From positions 1 to 64,000 of the forward strand of contig JAXLNO010005312.1 in assembly GCA_038087875.1 (NCBI GenBank): 64,000 bases of DNA. Direction: 5' to 3'. The translations under genes and the position numbers were made by a program. Position 1 is the first letter of the stretch, and every line of letters starts with the position of its first letter. The notes below the pieces were generated by a model, which was not told the DNA's origin, searched no databases, and worked only from the letters and a program-made list of their open reading frames with translations. This DNA is from Malacoraja senta (Eukaryota). Shown here piece after piece: positions 24,450-36,544 of this stretch.

Positions 24450-27400
24450 TGAACTGAGAAATTCAACAATTTAAGTCTGTTTGTCTGTTAGGTAAGTTAT
24501 ATTTATTGGAGAGTTGTTCGAAAGACATAAAACAACCCTCCAAAAACAAATCACAAAAAGCTACTAATCCCTTCCTCTTCCATTACAAAAAAACTTGATC
24601 AGTACTAGATGGTTGGAAGAGAAATTTGGATAAAATCAGATAGTCCAAAAAACTTACAAAATTGAAACCGTATTCGGAACGTATGTCTTATTATTGGGTT
24701 CGTCATATATTTATTCAATCTCGTAATTGTAAAAGGTAACGAGGTCCCTAGAATAGAAGCCAATTATAGCCCTTGTAAGGAATCACGTTCTAGGTTTATC
24801 CATCCAGGGCATTAGGTATCTTCTAAATCTTTTGTCCAAAATGTTACATAACGAACATTGACTGCCCAATAGTAGAGTCTAAGGTTCGGCAATGCCAAAC
24901 CACCAACTTTTTTTGATTTCTGTAGGTATTTTTTACCTAGTCTGGGATTTTTATTCTGCCATATATATGAAGAAATTTTAGTCTATAATATCAAAGAAAG
25001 ATTTGGCAATAAAAATTGGTATCGTCTGAAATAAATACAGACATTTAGGTAAAATGAACATTTTAATAGCATTGATTCAGCCAATTAAGGATAAGGACAT
25101 TGGTGACCATTTAGTGAACTGATGTTTAATATGGTCAATTAAAGGAATAAAATTAGCTTTAAATAAATCCTTGTGTTTCTTGGTGATCTTAATACCTAAA
25201 TAAGTAAAAATGGTTCGGTAGTCAATCTAAATGGAAACTGTCCATAACTCGAAACAAAATTATTTAATGGGAAAGCTCACTCTTACTAAGATTTAGTTTA
25301 TAATTAGTTTAGTTTAGATTTAGGCGCGACTCTCGTCAGCAGCGGCCTCTGCAGTCCGTCTGTCTTTTTATTATTTTTGTCTCGTTTCTATGTAGTTTTT
25401 ATTATTTTTTTTGTCGGGGTATGTGTGTGGGGGTGGGGGGGGGGTGAACTTTAAAATCTTTCCCCTGCACGGGAGACCCGACCTTTTCTTTGTCGGGTCT
25501 CCGTTGTCGTTGGGGCTGGGCAACGTGGAGCGGCCTCCAGCAGGAACGACCTGGGGCTCCAGTTGCGGAGCTGCGGACTACTCACCGTCACGGGGCTGGC
25601 CAAGTCCGGAGCGGGTGGAGCTGTGGTGGAGCGCTGCTGCAACCCGACCCCCGGAGATTCAGGGGCTACGGCCGCGGGTCTGGCGGACGGCAACACCGGA
25701 AGCCCGCGGGTCCCTGGTGGGAGACCGCTTTTCGGGGCTTCCACAGCGGCGACTTCTCCCGCCCGAGTTGCGGGGTTGAAGAGCACCTGGAGCGGGGCTT
25801 TACATCACCGCCCCGCGCGGCTTGGAATGGCCGCGGGACTTTGCGAGCGCACGCCGGGGCTCTAACACCAAGACCCGGTGCGCGACCTTGCATCACCCGG
25901 CGTGGCTTTAATGGCCGCGGGACAATCACCATCGCCCGCCGGGGGCTTTGACTTTGACTCTGACATCGGGGGGGTGAGTGCAGTGGAGAGATACGTTATT
26001 TTTGCCTTCCATCACAGCGCTGTGATGGATGTATGTGTAAATTGTGTTGTGTCTCGGGTCTTCTTCGTTTTGTAATGTATGGCTGCAGAAACGACATTTC
26101 GTTTGGACCTCAACGGGGTCCAAATGACAAATAAATTGTATTGTATTGTATTGTATTGTATAACCAGAAAAACTACTGAATTGATTAAGTAATGCTACTA
26201 TTGCCGGAATAGATTTCTCAGGGTTAGAAATAAATAATAACAGATCATCTGCATAAAGAGATAGCTTATGTGTCTTATTCCCGCGGACAATACCAAAAAT
26301 ATTAGGGTATTCCCTAATAGCAGTGGCTAAAGTTTCCAAAGCAATATCAAATAGTAAAGGACTTAAGGGACAGCCCTGTCTAGTACCTTGAAAGAGCCTG
26401 AAAAAAGGGGATCTCTGATTATTAGTAAATACAGAAGCCTGAGGTATAAGATATATCAGTTTGATCCAAGAGATAAATTTTGGACCAATCTTAACTTTTT
26501 CAAGTATATTGAATAAGTATTCCATTCTACTCTATCAATAGCCTTCTCGGCATCAAGTGAGATGACACATTCTGGGGTTTTATTAGACGCTGTATATACA
26601 ATATTTATTAGTCTCCTAACATTAAAGAATGAGTAACGATTTTTAATAAAACCTGTCTGATCTTCAGAGATAATTTGCGGTAAAATCTTTTCCAATCTCA
26701 TAGCTAATATTTTGGAAAGAATTTTAAAATCTACATTTAACATTGATATAGGTCTATATGATGTCACTTCAGTAGGGTCTTTATCTTTTTTAAATTAAAG
26801 AAATAGAAGCTTCATAAAAAGATTGTGGTAATCTATTCCTTAAAAAGGCTTCTTTAAATACCTTGCATAGCCATGGAGACAATAAATTTGAGAAATACTT
26901 TAAGAATTCTACTGTAAACCCATCTAATCCGGGAGCTTTACCAAAATTCATTGAAAATATTGCTTTCTGTATTTCGTCTTCCGTGATGGGTTCATCGAAA
27001 CAACAGAGACTCATTATATGGTAAATTTGGTAAGTTCAGTTTCTTTAAAAACTCATGCAATATATTGGAATCAGTAGGAAAATCTGATTGGTATAGGGAG
27101 GTATAAAATTCCTGAAAGGATTTATTAATTTCGTCATGGTCTACGGTTACTGTACCATCCCGTTTACTCACTTTAGTAATCTGACGCTTGGCCGACACTG
27201 CTTTCAATTGATTAGCAAGTAATTTACCAGATTTTACGCCATTTATATAAAATTTACTTTTGGTTTTAAGTAACTGGTTCTCAATCGGTGATACTAATAA
27301 CAAATCATATCTCAATTGAAGTTCAACTCTATTCTTATAGAGCTCTAAACTAGGAGCTTTTGAATATTTTTTATAAATTTCTTTAATCTCGTCAGCCAAT

Positions 27401-28345
27401 GTGCGTATTTCTTTTTGTGTTTGTTTTTTTAATCCCGCGGAGTATGAAATAATTTGTCCACGAATATATGCCTTAAAAGCATCCCAAACTATACCATTGG
27501 ATATCTCTTCATTAGAGTTTGTCAAGAAGTAAAAAGCAATCTGATCTTTCATAAACTTAATAAAGTTTAAGTCTTGAAGCAAAGTAGCATTAAATCGCCA
27601 TTGTTTAGCACTAAACTTGGAATCAGGTAGTTTGATCAATAGTTTCACTGGTGCATGATCAGAAATAGCAATTGTATCATACTCACATGCAATGACGAAT
27701 GGAATTAGCCGAGAATCTAGTATAAAATAGTCGATCCTAGAATAATTATGATATACATGAGAGAAAAATGAAAATTCTTTGTCATTTGCATGTAAGAATC
27801 TCCAAATTTCTAACATTCCCGAGTCAAGTAAAAAAGAATTAATAAAATTAGCTGATTTATTTGGAAGCACATGATCAGATGTAGACGTATCAATCGAGGG
27901 ATTCAAACAGCAATTGAAGTCTCCACCCATTATTAAAAAGTGTTCATTTAAATTAGGAAAGGATGCAATTAACTGTTTAAAAAACTCACGGTGATCAATA
28001 TTTGGTGCATAGACATTCACCATAGTGACTTTTTGCCTATAAAGGACACCGGTAATCACCAAGAATCTGCCATATGGATCAGAAATTGTTTCATGGTGAA
28101 CAAACAGAATTGAGGGGTCAATAAAAATAGAGACAACCTTTCACCTTAGCCTGTGAATTTGAATGAAACTGCTGTCCTCTCCAAAACTTGAAAAATCGTG
28201 ACTTGTCATCTTGCCTTACATGAGTTTCCTGAACAAAGATAATCTGAGCATTAAGTCTGTGAAGAACTTTTTAAAAAAATATCCTCTTAATGGGATGGTT
28301 CAAGCCATTCACATTCCATGAAAGGAAATTAGTAACTTTATCCAT
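24450..28345 (-). pseudogene. L1 ORF2 (APE endonuclease + reverse transcriptase), disrupted
   Basis: MDKVTNFLSWNVNGLNHPIKR start; NVYAPN, GGDFN, SRIDY, SDHAPV; KAPGLDGF; YRPISMLNVDFKILSK; GTRQGCPLSPLLF; LYADD. Confidence 0.9.
25304..26158 (+). mobile_element. GC-rich non-coding retroposon inserted in L1 ORF2
   Basis: (ATTGT)n tail after AATAAA. TSD TATAA at 25299-25303 and 26159-26163. L1 frame SGY|KLNLSKSELFP rejoins across the insertion. Confidence 0.8.
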
Positions 28346-28931
28346 ATTGCTTGTAAAAATCATGTGGGATGTAATGGGTTAATTTCTTGAAGCCTAAAAG
28401 TTCATAATACTGGAAGAAGAAAAATCTAGGGCGGAGCCAGAAGTGACGACATTTCAGCCAATTTTGTAGTTCAGAATTTGCACAAATGGAGATCACAAAA
28501 TAGGGAACAAAAGACCCCTCCCCCCTCCCCCCTCCCCCCTCCCACCCCTGTAGAACCCCAAACTGACCAAAAGACAGTCAGCAAACTACCTAATCCCCTC
28601 CCCAATCCCATCTCTCCCAGTAACAGCACTCAGCATAAAAAGAATAATATTTAACCACTACGTCATAACACATTCGTTATTATCTCTTTGAGAGAGAAGA
28701 AAAAAAAATACAGACTGGCATGGAATGCTGCTTATTATTATCCAAGGTCAAGATATAAAAAACAAGAACTGCGTTCTCTTAGTTTGTCTAACGACAGGGG
28801 AACACGAATTAACAAAGAAATTCTTAAAAGAATATATATAAAAGAAAAACAACTCGTCCAGTTAAATTCTTAATCATTACGAAACGAAATGTTGTCAAAT
28901 TAGGAACAGTAAATCTCCAATTATAACTTAA

Positions 28932-29876
28932 TCAGCTATCAATTACTCCCCTTCCTCGTCGTAGCTCTTCAGACGCAGCTGGAGGCATCTTGAGGACTGT
29001 TAAAAAATCGAAAGTTACCATTGAAAAGCCGAATACGCAATCTAGCTGGTGATAATAGAGCTGGGCGCAGTTTTTCTTATACAAATCAGACATTACATTA
29101 TAAAAAGTCTTTCTTATTTCCAAAAGCTCGTAACTATAATCAGGGACAAACTGAAACTTACATCCTTCATATTCAACCACACCAAACTTTTTTGTTGCCT
29201 GGAGAATATTCTTCTTCATTTGAAAAAAATGAAACCGAATGATCAAGTGTCTCGGTTTATTACCGGATCTCTTCCCAATCCTGTGTGCCTTCTCCAGGAA
29301 CGGAAGGTTTTCATTGTGCTCAATGTTGAATGTTTCCTTTATCATTTTAGAAGCATATTTTATAACGTTATCTCCTTCTTGGCCTTCCGGCAAACCAACA
29401 ATTCGTAAATTCAAACGACGGCTTCTGTTTTCTAAGTCCATATTTTTAGACCTGTATTGCTGAAGTGCTCGAGTGTTTTCATTCATTCTCCGTTCCAATT
29501 TTTCAATCTTCAAATCTCTCTCCTGTCCCAGGGTGCGCAAGATATCAATTTGATCCTTTTGTTCACGAAGTTCATCTTGTAACAAAGACAGTTTTCCTTG
29601 GACTTCCTTCAATTTGGTCGAAACTCCTTTCACCATTTCTTCCAAACTGCCAAATCTTGTTTTCATTTCATTTTTCAGCTCATTTTTCAATTCATCGTTC
29701 ATTTTCGATATTGCTTCTATGATGCTGGAATCAGAAGCTACAGCTGTGGTTGTGGCTTTCCCCAGTTCCTTCTTTGGGGATCCTCCTTTCCTTCTTGTCT
29801 CCATGCTTTTCACGATTAAGGCGTGTAAAAGTGTTATCAACACTTTATGAACAGTTAGACGGTGTCTTGAAGTCAA
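28932..29876 (-). CDS. L1 ORF1p (coiled coil + RRM/CTD)
   Basis: Coiled-coil region then DLENRSRRLNLRIVGLPEG, LEKAHRI, KPRHLIIRFH, FVPDYS. Confidence 0.9.
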   Translation of the reverse strand: MTSRHRLTVHKVLITLLHALIVKSMETRRKGGSPKKELGKATTTAVASDSSIIEAISKMNDELKNELKNEMKTRFGSLEEMVKGVSTKLKEVQGKLSLLQDELREQKDQIDILRTLGQERDLKIEKLERRMNENTRALQQYRSKNMDLENRSRRLNLRIVGLPEGQEGDNVIKYASKMIKETFNIEHNENLPFLEKAHRIGKRSGNKPRHLIIRFHFFQMKKNILQATKKFGVVEYEGCKFQFVPDYSYELLEIRKTFYNVMSDLYKKNCAQLYYHQLDCVFGFSMVTFDFLTVLKMPPAASEELRRGRGVIDS

Positions 29877-30164
29877 ATAGTCACCAGTAACATTGAAAGA
29901 GTGGTCAGTGGAAGCTAAAAGTTAAGGGAGCAAACGAGTTTGCAACCTTACAGCATGCTGCCTTACACAAGGAGAGTCTAGTTATTGACATGTTATTGAT
30001 GTTCATGATTATTCTGTTCTTTGTGCCTGGCCATTTTGACTTTGTCACATTTTACTTGGTTTATGATATTGTACAAGATTTGCAATCACACCTCCCAATT
30101 GACTAAAATTATCCCAATTAACTAAATGCCTACTATGGCATTTAACTTATTGCATTATATTCAG

Positions 30165-30197
30165 TGCAGGGTAGAAGCTGCAGTTTTTTTAAAAAGG
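30165..30197 (+). CDS. Candidate 33-bp cytoplasmic exon of the class I-like gene (GC donor)
   Basis: ttatattcag| (V)QGRSCSFFKK |gcaagt. Phase 1/1, joins the TM and terminal exons in frame. Confidence 0.4.
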
Positions 30198-30509
30198 GCA
30201 AGTTTGTATTACATACTATGTGGTGTGTGCCTGGAAAGCACTGCCAGGGATGGTGGCGTCTGGGGTGCACCTTCGTGGTGCATGGAGATGGAGGGGTTTG
30301 AGGGACATGAATCATTTGCAGGCAGATGCTGCCTAACTGGTGTCTGTCTGACTGATCTGGAGGGATCTGATGGTCAGGCAGGGAATATTTCCAGTGACCC
30401 AATGGTGCTGAGTTCGCTGAATTTTACGGTGAATGGGAATGCCCCTGTAATAGAGGAACAGGTCCTTTGTCCAACAACGTTTGTGCTGAACATGACGCAA
30501 CCTGAGGCA

Positions 30510-31010
30510 GAGTGGCGCTGCTGATAGAGCTGCTGCCTCAGTGCGTCATAGACATCAGTTCAATCCTAACCTCGGTTGTCGGCTGTGTGAAGTTTGCATG
30601 TATTCCCTATGACCGCATGGGTTTCCACTGTCCTCCAGTTTTCACACACATACTAAAGATGCCAGGTTTTATGGGTTAATTGGTCTCTGTAATTTGACCC
30701 TAGTGTGGAAGCGAAAGTTAGATAACATAGAACTTGTGTGAACGGAACTATTTGAAGGAGTATTGAGTTTTTTGTTTAGTTTAGAGAGAGAGCATTGAAA
30801 CAGACACTTCGGCCCCACTGAGTCCGCACCAACCAACGATCACCCACATAAGCTAGGGACACAAGTCAATTAACCTACAAACCTGCACATCTGTCTTTGG
30901 AATGTGGGAGGAAACTGGAGCACCTGGAGAAAACCTATGCAGTCACAGGGAGAAGGTACAAATTCCGTACAGACATCACCCGTGGTCAGGATCAAACCCA
31001 GGTGTCTGGC
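30510..31010. mobile_element. Two SINE copies (+ ~30510-30720, - ~30770-31010)
   Basis: HE1/V-SINE-like core sequences. Confidence 0.65.
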
Positions 31011-31149
31011 GCTGTGCCTTTATATCTGGAAGGAAGATGTTATGTGGGATGAATCAACAGTTAAAGTGAATAAACTAGTTGCATCTTTCTGAGTTCTGTT
31101 CTCTGCTATGCCATTTCTTTGTTGTCTAATATTTAATTTCCCTCCTCAG

Positions 31150-31190
31150 ATTATCAAAATATTCAACCAAAGCAGAACGTGCACTGCTAA
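31150..31190 (+). CDS. Terminal coding exon of the class I-like gene with a YQNI motif
   Basis: Branch-like CTAAT (31126) + tttccctcctcag| DYQNIQPKQNVHC* in phase 1. AATAAA at 31242 and 31292. Confidence 0.6.
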
Positions 31191-31241
31191 CCAATCGCTG
31201 AGTAGAAGATTTCATGGATGTGATTAAAATGCAGGAACTGA

Positions 31242-31247
31242 AATAAA
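31242..31247 (+). terminator. Polyadenylation signal (alternative at 31292-31297)
   Basis: AATAAA ~50 nt after the stop codon of the candidate last exon. Confidence 0.45.
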
Positions 31248-32168
31248 TGGAAAGAGTTAAATTAAGTTTATCAAACATGACAGAAATTCTCAATAAACTG
31301 CCCTGCATTTGTACAAATTAGAGCTATCTAGCAATTTATGTTGATAACAGCTGATATGACTGATGCCTCAACTCCTTTACTGTGCTTATTCCACATAAGA
31401 CACAATTCCCTGTTCTTTTAGAATATATCCACGCATTATCCATCAATTCACCACCACATCATGCCTCTTTAATACATTCATAAGGTTAACTCTGTTTCTT
31501 GTCATCTCCAAGGGACACAGAACCAGTGATTTCAGCCATTCATGGTTAGGTAACACTTGCTTATTCCAGAAATCTCTTCTAGCTGATATGCAATATTAAT
31601 ATATCCTTTCTTAAATTTGAGGACCAAGCTGTGCACAGTGCTCCTGATATGTCCTCAGCAACATCATGTACCATAATTACAATAGTAACCTACCTTTGAA
31701 TGCTAATCACCTTCTGAGTTGTGTGCTGCATCTACCTGCTGGCTTTTTGTTTTGCACTTTAAGCACTTGAATCTCTTGTACTCCACTCATTTGCAATCTC
31801 ACTCCATTTAGATAATAGCTTCCTTTGAATTGCTCTTACCAGAGTGTGTGAGCACATATTTTCCATTATTAAACTCCATTTGCCATGTTTATGTTCATCT
31901 AACAAAGAGTCATAGAGCCATATAGCATGGAAGTAGGTACTTCAGCCTAATGCTCCAAGCTGAACAAGATGCTACATCTAGGTTAGTCACATTTGCCAGC
32001 GTTTGGCCCACTTTCCTCTCAACATGTTCTATCCATGTACCTGTCCAAGTGTCTTTTCAATGTTGTTATTCTGCCTTCGCTGGCAGCTCATTCCATACAC
32101 CCAGTAACCTCTTCGTAGAAAAGGTTGCCTCTCAGGTTCCTACTAAATCTTCCTCCTCACCTTAAACC

Positions 32169-32771
32169 CAGGGGTGCAGTGCTGCCGGAGCTCACCTGAG
32201 CACCGATCCGGCACATCTGTTAAAGAAAAAATAAACAGGGTGGAATTTTAACTAGCGGATGTGTGGTCGGGGTAACCTGATTAAAAGAGGGGTAAGGGGA
32301 AGATCCATCACTACTGAGGTTCCCTGCAGGAGGAGGGGAACACTATGATGCAGCAGAGACAGACCATGTGATGTGTGCATCGTTTGTGGTTGTGGGCCTG
32401 GAGCTGAGCCTGGAACTCTGGTGGGTGGATGAGTGGGTGGGTGTGTAGGTGAATGGGTGTGAGGGTGAGAGTGTGTGTGTGTGTGTGTGTGTGAAGGCCC
32501 AGAGCTGTGGGATAGTCAGGGCGAGTCGGTGTCTTGCCGGCACCTCTGTAAAAATACATGATAACAGTCTTTTTCTTTACTTGCTTCATAATTATATTTC
32601 ATGATAATCAGTGAGTGCAACCGTGCAATATTTTGTCATAATTAAATTAAGTATTATATGTTTTAAAGTACTAGCTATACACTGGGATGTAGTAATAGGC
32701 TATAATCTTGTTTGACCCTCTAGGGAAACTAGCTTGCCCCCCCCCCCCCAGCAAAATCTGAAATGCCCCTG
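32169..32771 (+). mobile_element. Non-autonomous hAT-like element sharing an internal module with 1012-5638
   Basis: Ends CAGGGG...CCCCTG. 32255-32420 is homologous to 1399-1470 and 2050-2120. No TSD seen. Confidence 0.5.
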
Positions 32772-33738
32772 TTTGACAGCTCCGACACCTAAAAAATTAG
32801 CATTGAACACTGCTTAAACCTGTTTTTGCTGGTTCTTGATTACCCTACCCTGGGTAAAATAAATCCTGATCAATCACCCTCATGATTTTAGAAAGCTCTC
32901 TAAGCACCAATTAAATGGTTTCAATTATAGATAGAGTAAGACTTTGTGGTTATTTCCAACAAGAATTTTAGACTAAAGAAAGGCCAGTGGAAGTACTTGG
33001 TCAAACAGCATCTGTGGAGGCAAATGACATATACCAACATTTCAAGGCAAGGCACTGCATTAGAATTGAAGGAGAGGATGGGAAGATTCTTACAGTTTGA
33101 AGGAGGAATGGGGCAGAGGCTGGTATGTGGCAGGTGGAATAGTAAGATTAAACGAGAACTTACCAAGTTTGAAGTTTGATCTTTATTTTATGAGGAGTAA
33201 CGTTGAGGGATTACGTGAAGAAGCCCCGTCCAGCCGCACACGCGTCAATCTTTCAAAGCAGCGGAGTGACAATCACAGACGATAATTACTGAAGTATGAT
33301 AGTAAGATGCATAAAGACTTAGAACTACCAGCTTGATCTTTTTATGAGGGTGGGAGCGGAGGGCACGTAATCCCTCAACGTTACTCCTCATAAAATAAAG
33401 ATCAAGCTTCAAACTTGGTAAGTTCTTGTTTAATCTTACTATTTTACTTCGGAGTCACGTGAGTGACTACGTGAAGATTTCAAAGCTCTGTGATTTCACA
33501 CCGTGGATTCAAATCCAGGGGTTCACTGCATCGATTGACTCTATTTGAGTAAGCACAATCAACAATGCATAACCACAACATTTGAATGTAATCAGTTAAT
33601 GGTTTTATTTATTTTAATAAAAGTAACAAAATTAGGCCCATTTATTATAATGGGGGATTTAATACTGTATCCCGCACGGCATCACCAAACCCTCTGAGAT
33701 CTTTAATCTCCTTGTGGTAATACTTGTGAAACATCTGT

Positions 33739-34635
33739 TCACTTGCCCATCCTGCGGCCGCGAGAATAAGGTCTATTGTCTGAATCCCTGGCCGCTGATG
33801 TTGATGCCGCCCTGGTGGAATGAGATTTAAATTTATCAGTATCAATACCTGAATATCTCAACACCTGTTTCAACCATCGTGAAATTGTTTGTGTTGACAC
33901 TTTCTTATGAGGCTTTTTATGACTAATAAAAAATGCCAATTCGGCGCCTCTTAAAACTTTTGTTGTTTCTATGTAACATTTCACATATGTTACTACACAC
34001 AGTCGTGAATCTGTAGGATATGCTAAAAATTCCAACTTGCATCCTGTGAACCCAGGTCTACTTTGCTTCAGTAAATCATAGACATAGAATGTCACGGCAT
34101 TTTGCCCTACTTTCATTCTATCAATTCTGAATGTCTGTAATGTGTGAACTCTCTGTGCTGAAACTAATGCCATGAGCATAACCAATTTCATGGTAATTTT
34201 GGATAATGACAGAGTTTCAACTGGATTCCAATTCCTTAGGAACATCAGTACATCTTTTACATTCCAAATTTCTGTATACCTGGGTCTGGGAGGATTAGAG
34301 TTGAAAATTCCTTTCATAAACCTACAGACCCAAGGATGTGCTCCAATTGGAGTTTGTTCTGATTCACTGCTTAAATATGCAGAGAGTGCACTTCGTGCAG
34401 TATTAATTGCACTATAACTTAATTTCAATTCATAGTGTAGAGTTGAAAGAAACTCTATTACATCTGAAATTTCTGCTGTGTTATATGCAATATTCTTTAC
34501 TGAACAAAACACCTCCCATTTCTTTATATATGAAATGTACTGCTTCTGGGTACTATTCCTCCAGGCTGCTGTCATAACATCCACCGTACGGTCTGATAAT
34601 CCTTTTCCAAGATATGGCCTTCTTAGAATCTGCAA
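33739..34635 (-). CDS. DIRS tyrosine recombinase
   Basis: SAINTARSALS, LMALVSAQRVHTL, LKQSRPG, RLCVV, TISRWLK, FKSHSTRAAST (H-x-x-R). C-terminus frameshifted. Confidence 0.9.
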   Translation of the reverse strand: MQILRRPYLGKGLSDRTVDVMTAAWRNSTQKQYISYIKKWEVFCSVKNIAYNTAEISDVIEFLSTLHYELKLSYSAINTARSALSAYLSSESEQTPIGAHPWVCRFMKGIFNSNPPRPRYTEIWNVKDVLMFLRNWNPVETLSLSKITMKLVMLMALVSAQRVHTLQTFRIDRMKVGQNAVTFYVYDLLKQSRPGFTGCKLEFLAYPTDSRLCVVTYVKCYIETTKVLRGAELAFFISHKKPHKKVSTQTISRWLKQVLRYSGIDTDKFKSHSTRAASTSAARDSDNRPYSRGRRMGK

Positions 34636-34678
34636 ATCAACAAACCAATACGATTATGTAAAGGATGTGATTCATTAG

Positions 34679-35352
34679 TCACAGGGTGTACAAGCAGTTT
34701 AATCTGCTTTGGAATAACCATAAGGGTTTTGGGTTTTTTCCCCCCATTTTTAACACCAGTGGGTACCACACCTGTGTAGGCCAATCTGGTACTACCAAAA
34801 TCCCTGAGGCTGAATCTTGTTTAATTTTCTGTATGCATTTGTGGATTAAACAAAATGGTGGAAACGCATACAGAAACATACCACCCCAATGTAGCGAGAA
34901 AGCATCCACCACTACTGCACCAGGATCAGGTTCCCATGACACATACTTAGGCAACTGGTGGTTCAATCTTGATGCAAACAGATCAATTTCTGGCATTCCA
35001 AATTGTGTGATAATTTGTGTGAATATTTTCCGATTTAACATCCATTCTGTATTATCATTAAATTTATGTGATCTTTTGTCTGCAATTGTATTAATTTTTA
35101 CCTGGTAAATATTGCTGACAGCCACATTTTTCTGGCAATACCCCAGGTCCAAATTTCATTTGCCAATTTATCACATGATTCTGATTTTATACCACCCATG
35201 TGATTTATGTATGCTACAGCTGTAGTATTGTCAACCTGTACCTGAACATGCACATTTCCCATATCAGTGCAATAAGCTCTAAGGCCGTAAAATGCGCCTA
35301 ATAGCTCTAGGTAATTGATTCCCAGTTTTTCCAGCAAAGGTACTTCATTCAC
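34679..35352 (-). pseudogene. DIRS RNase H end + N6-adenine methyltransferase-like (MT) domain
   Basis: INYLELLG...VDNTTAVAYINHMGG; DLFASRLNHQL...DAFSLHW...LYAFPPF...VPDWPTQVWYP. Confidence 0.88.
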
Positions 35353-35359
35353 ATTCCAC

Positions 35360-36240
35360 CTACCTCCACAGCTGGAAAATCATGTTAGTAGCGCCCCAAC
35401 TCAGCGCACTTACATCAGTCTGTCGAGTGACGGAAGGTGTTTCTACCAGAACTTTTCTGGAAGCATTAGAAACATTGTTAATCCACCATTCTATTTCCGT
35501 AATGGATTGAATTGTTAATTTCATGGGCCTATCAAAATGCCCTCTATTCATTTTTAACGCTTGTACCTTAGCTCTCTGTAAACATTGATAATGCAATGGT
35601 CCAAACGTGACCGCTGGAAACCCTGCAATGAATTTGCCTAGCAAGCTTGCCACTTCTCTAATTGAAGATGTGTCCTCGTTAATGAGTTTTATGCAACCTT
35701 CAATTAACTGCAGCTTTTTATCTTTCGGCAAAGTGATTACCATGTGTTCGGAGTTAATTGTGAACCCTAGGTAATCAATCTTTTTGCTTGGTAACAATTT
35801 AGATTTTTGTAGGTGAATAATGAAACCTAATTTCTCAAAATGTATTTGACTGGATACTGACAATTTTGCAGCAGCCAAAGTGTCCCCTACAATGAGGATA
35901 TCATCTAAATAAGCCATTAATACATGGCCCTCAGCTCTTAACAGAGCTAAAATTGGTTTGAGCAATTTAGTGAATAATCTTGGTGCTGAAATCAGACCAT
36001 TGGGCAATGCTTTAAATTGCCATAACTGACTCATCCATCTAAATTTCAAATATCTTTGATCATTACCATGCATTGCCACAGAATAATATGCATTTTGCAG
36101 ATCTATGCTTGCCTTGTAGCAATTCTTTGTGACTAGCTAAATGGCATTAGTAAATGTTTCCATTTTGAAATGTTTCTATTGTACATAAAGGTTAAGATTT
36201 GTCAGATTGGAAATGATTCTACGTCCACCATCCCTTTTCT
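35360..36240 (-). pseudogene. DIRS reverse transcriptase
   Basis: QRYLKF.W...WQFKALPNGLISAPRLFTK, MAYLDDILI, IDYLGFTIN. Confidence 0.92.
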
Positions 36241-36544
36241 AGGAGAATATTCCTAGGAGAATATTTGACACAAACTGATGGTGTTGTTCTACTGACATTT
36301 ATATCATCCTTTTCTGCATAACATTTTTCAATTCTCCTTTGATCTACCCATTCTCTTCCTTTGAAAAAAATCTGTGACCAGTTTGAATTATGCTGAATTG
36401 GAGGATCCAAAAGTGGAGAGAACTCAATTTTGAATCCAACAATGCTACATAGAATAAATGAATCATTTGTTATTGATTGCCATTCTTTTAGGAAGAATCG
36501 TAACCTTCCCCCTATTTGTGAGTATGAAACATTTGTTGTGTTTC

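Larger units (their letters stand above)
24090..29965 (-). mobile_element. Near full-length L1-clade LINE, degraded, antisense within an MHC intron
   Basis: ORF1, ~590-nt spacer, ORF2 (EN, RT) and an A-rich 3' end at ~24095. N gap at 24312-24449. No TSD found. Confidence 0.9.

Noticed and set aside
25411-26075. Overlapping GC-rich ORFs
   Set aside because: Inside a non-coding retroposon insertion. Stop-poor because of GC content.
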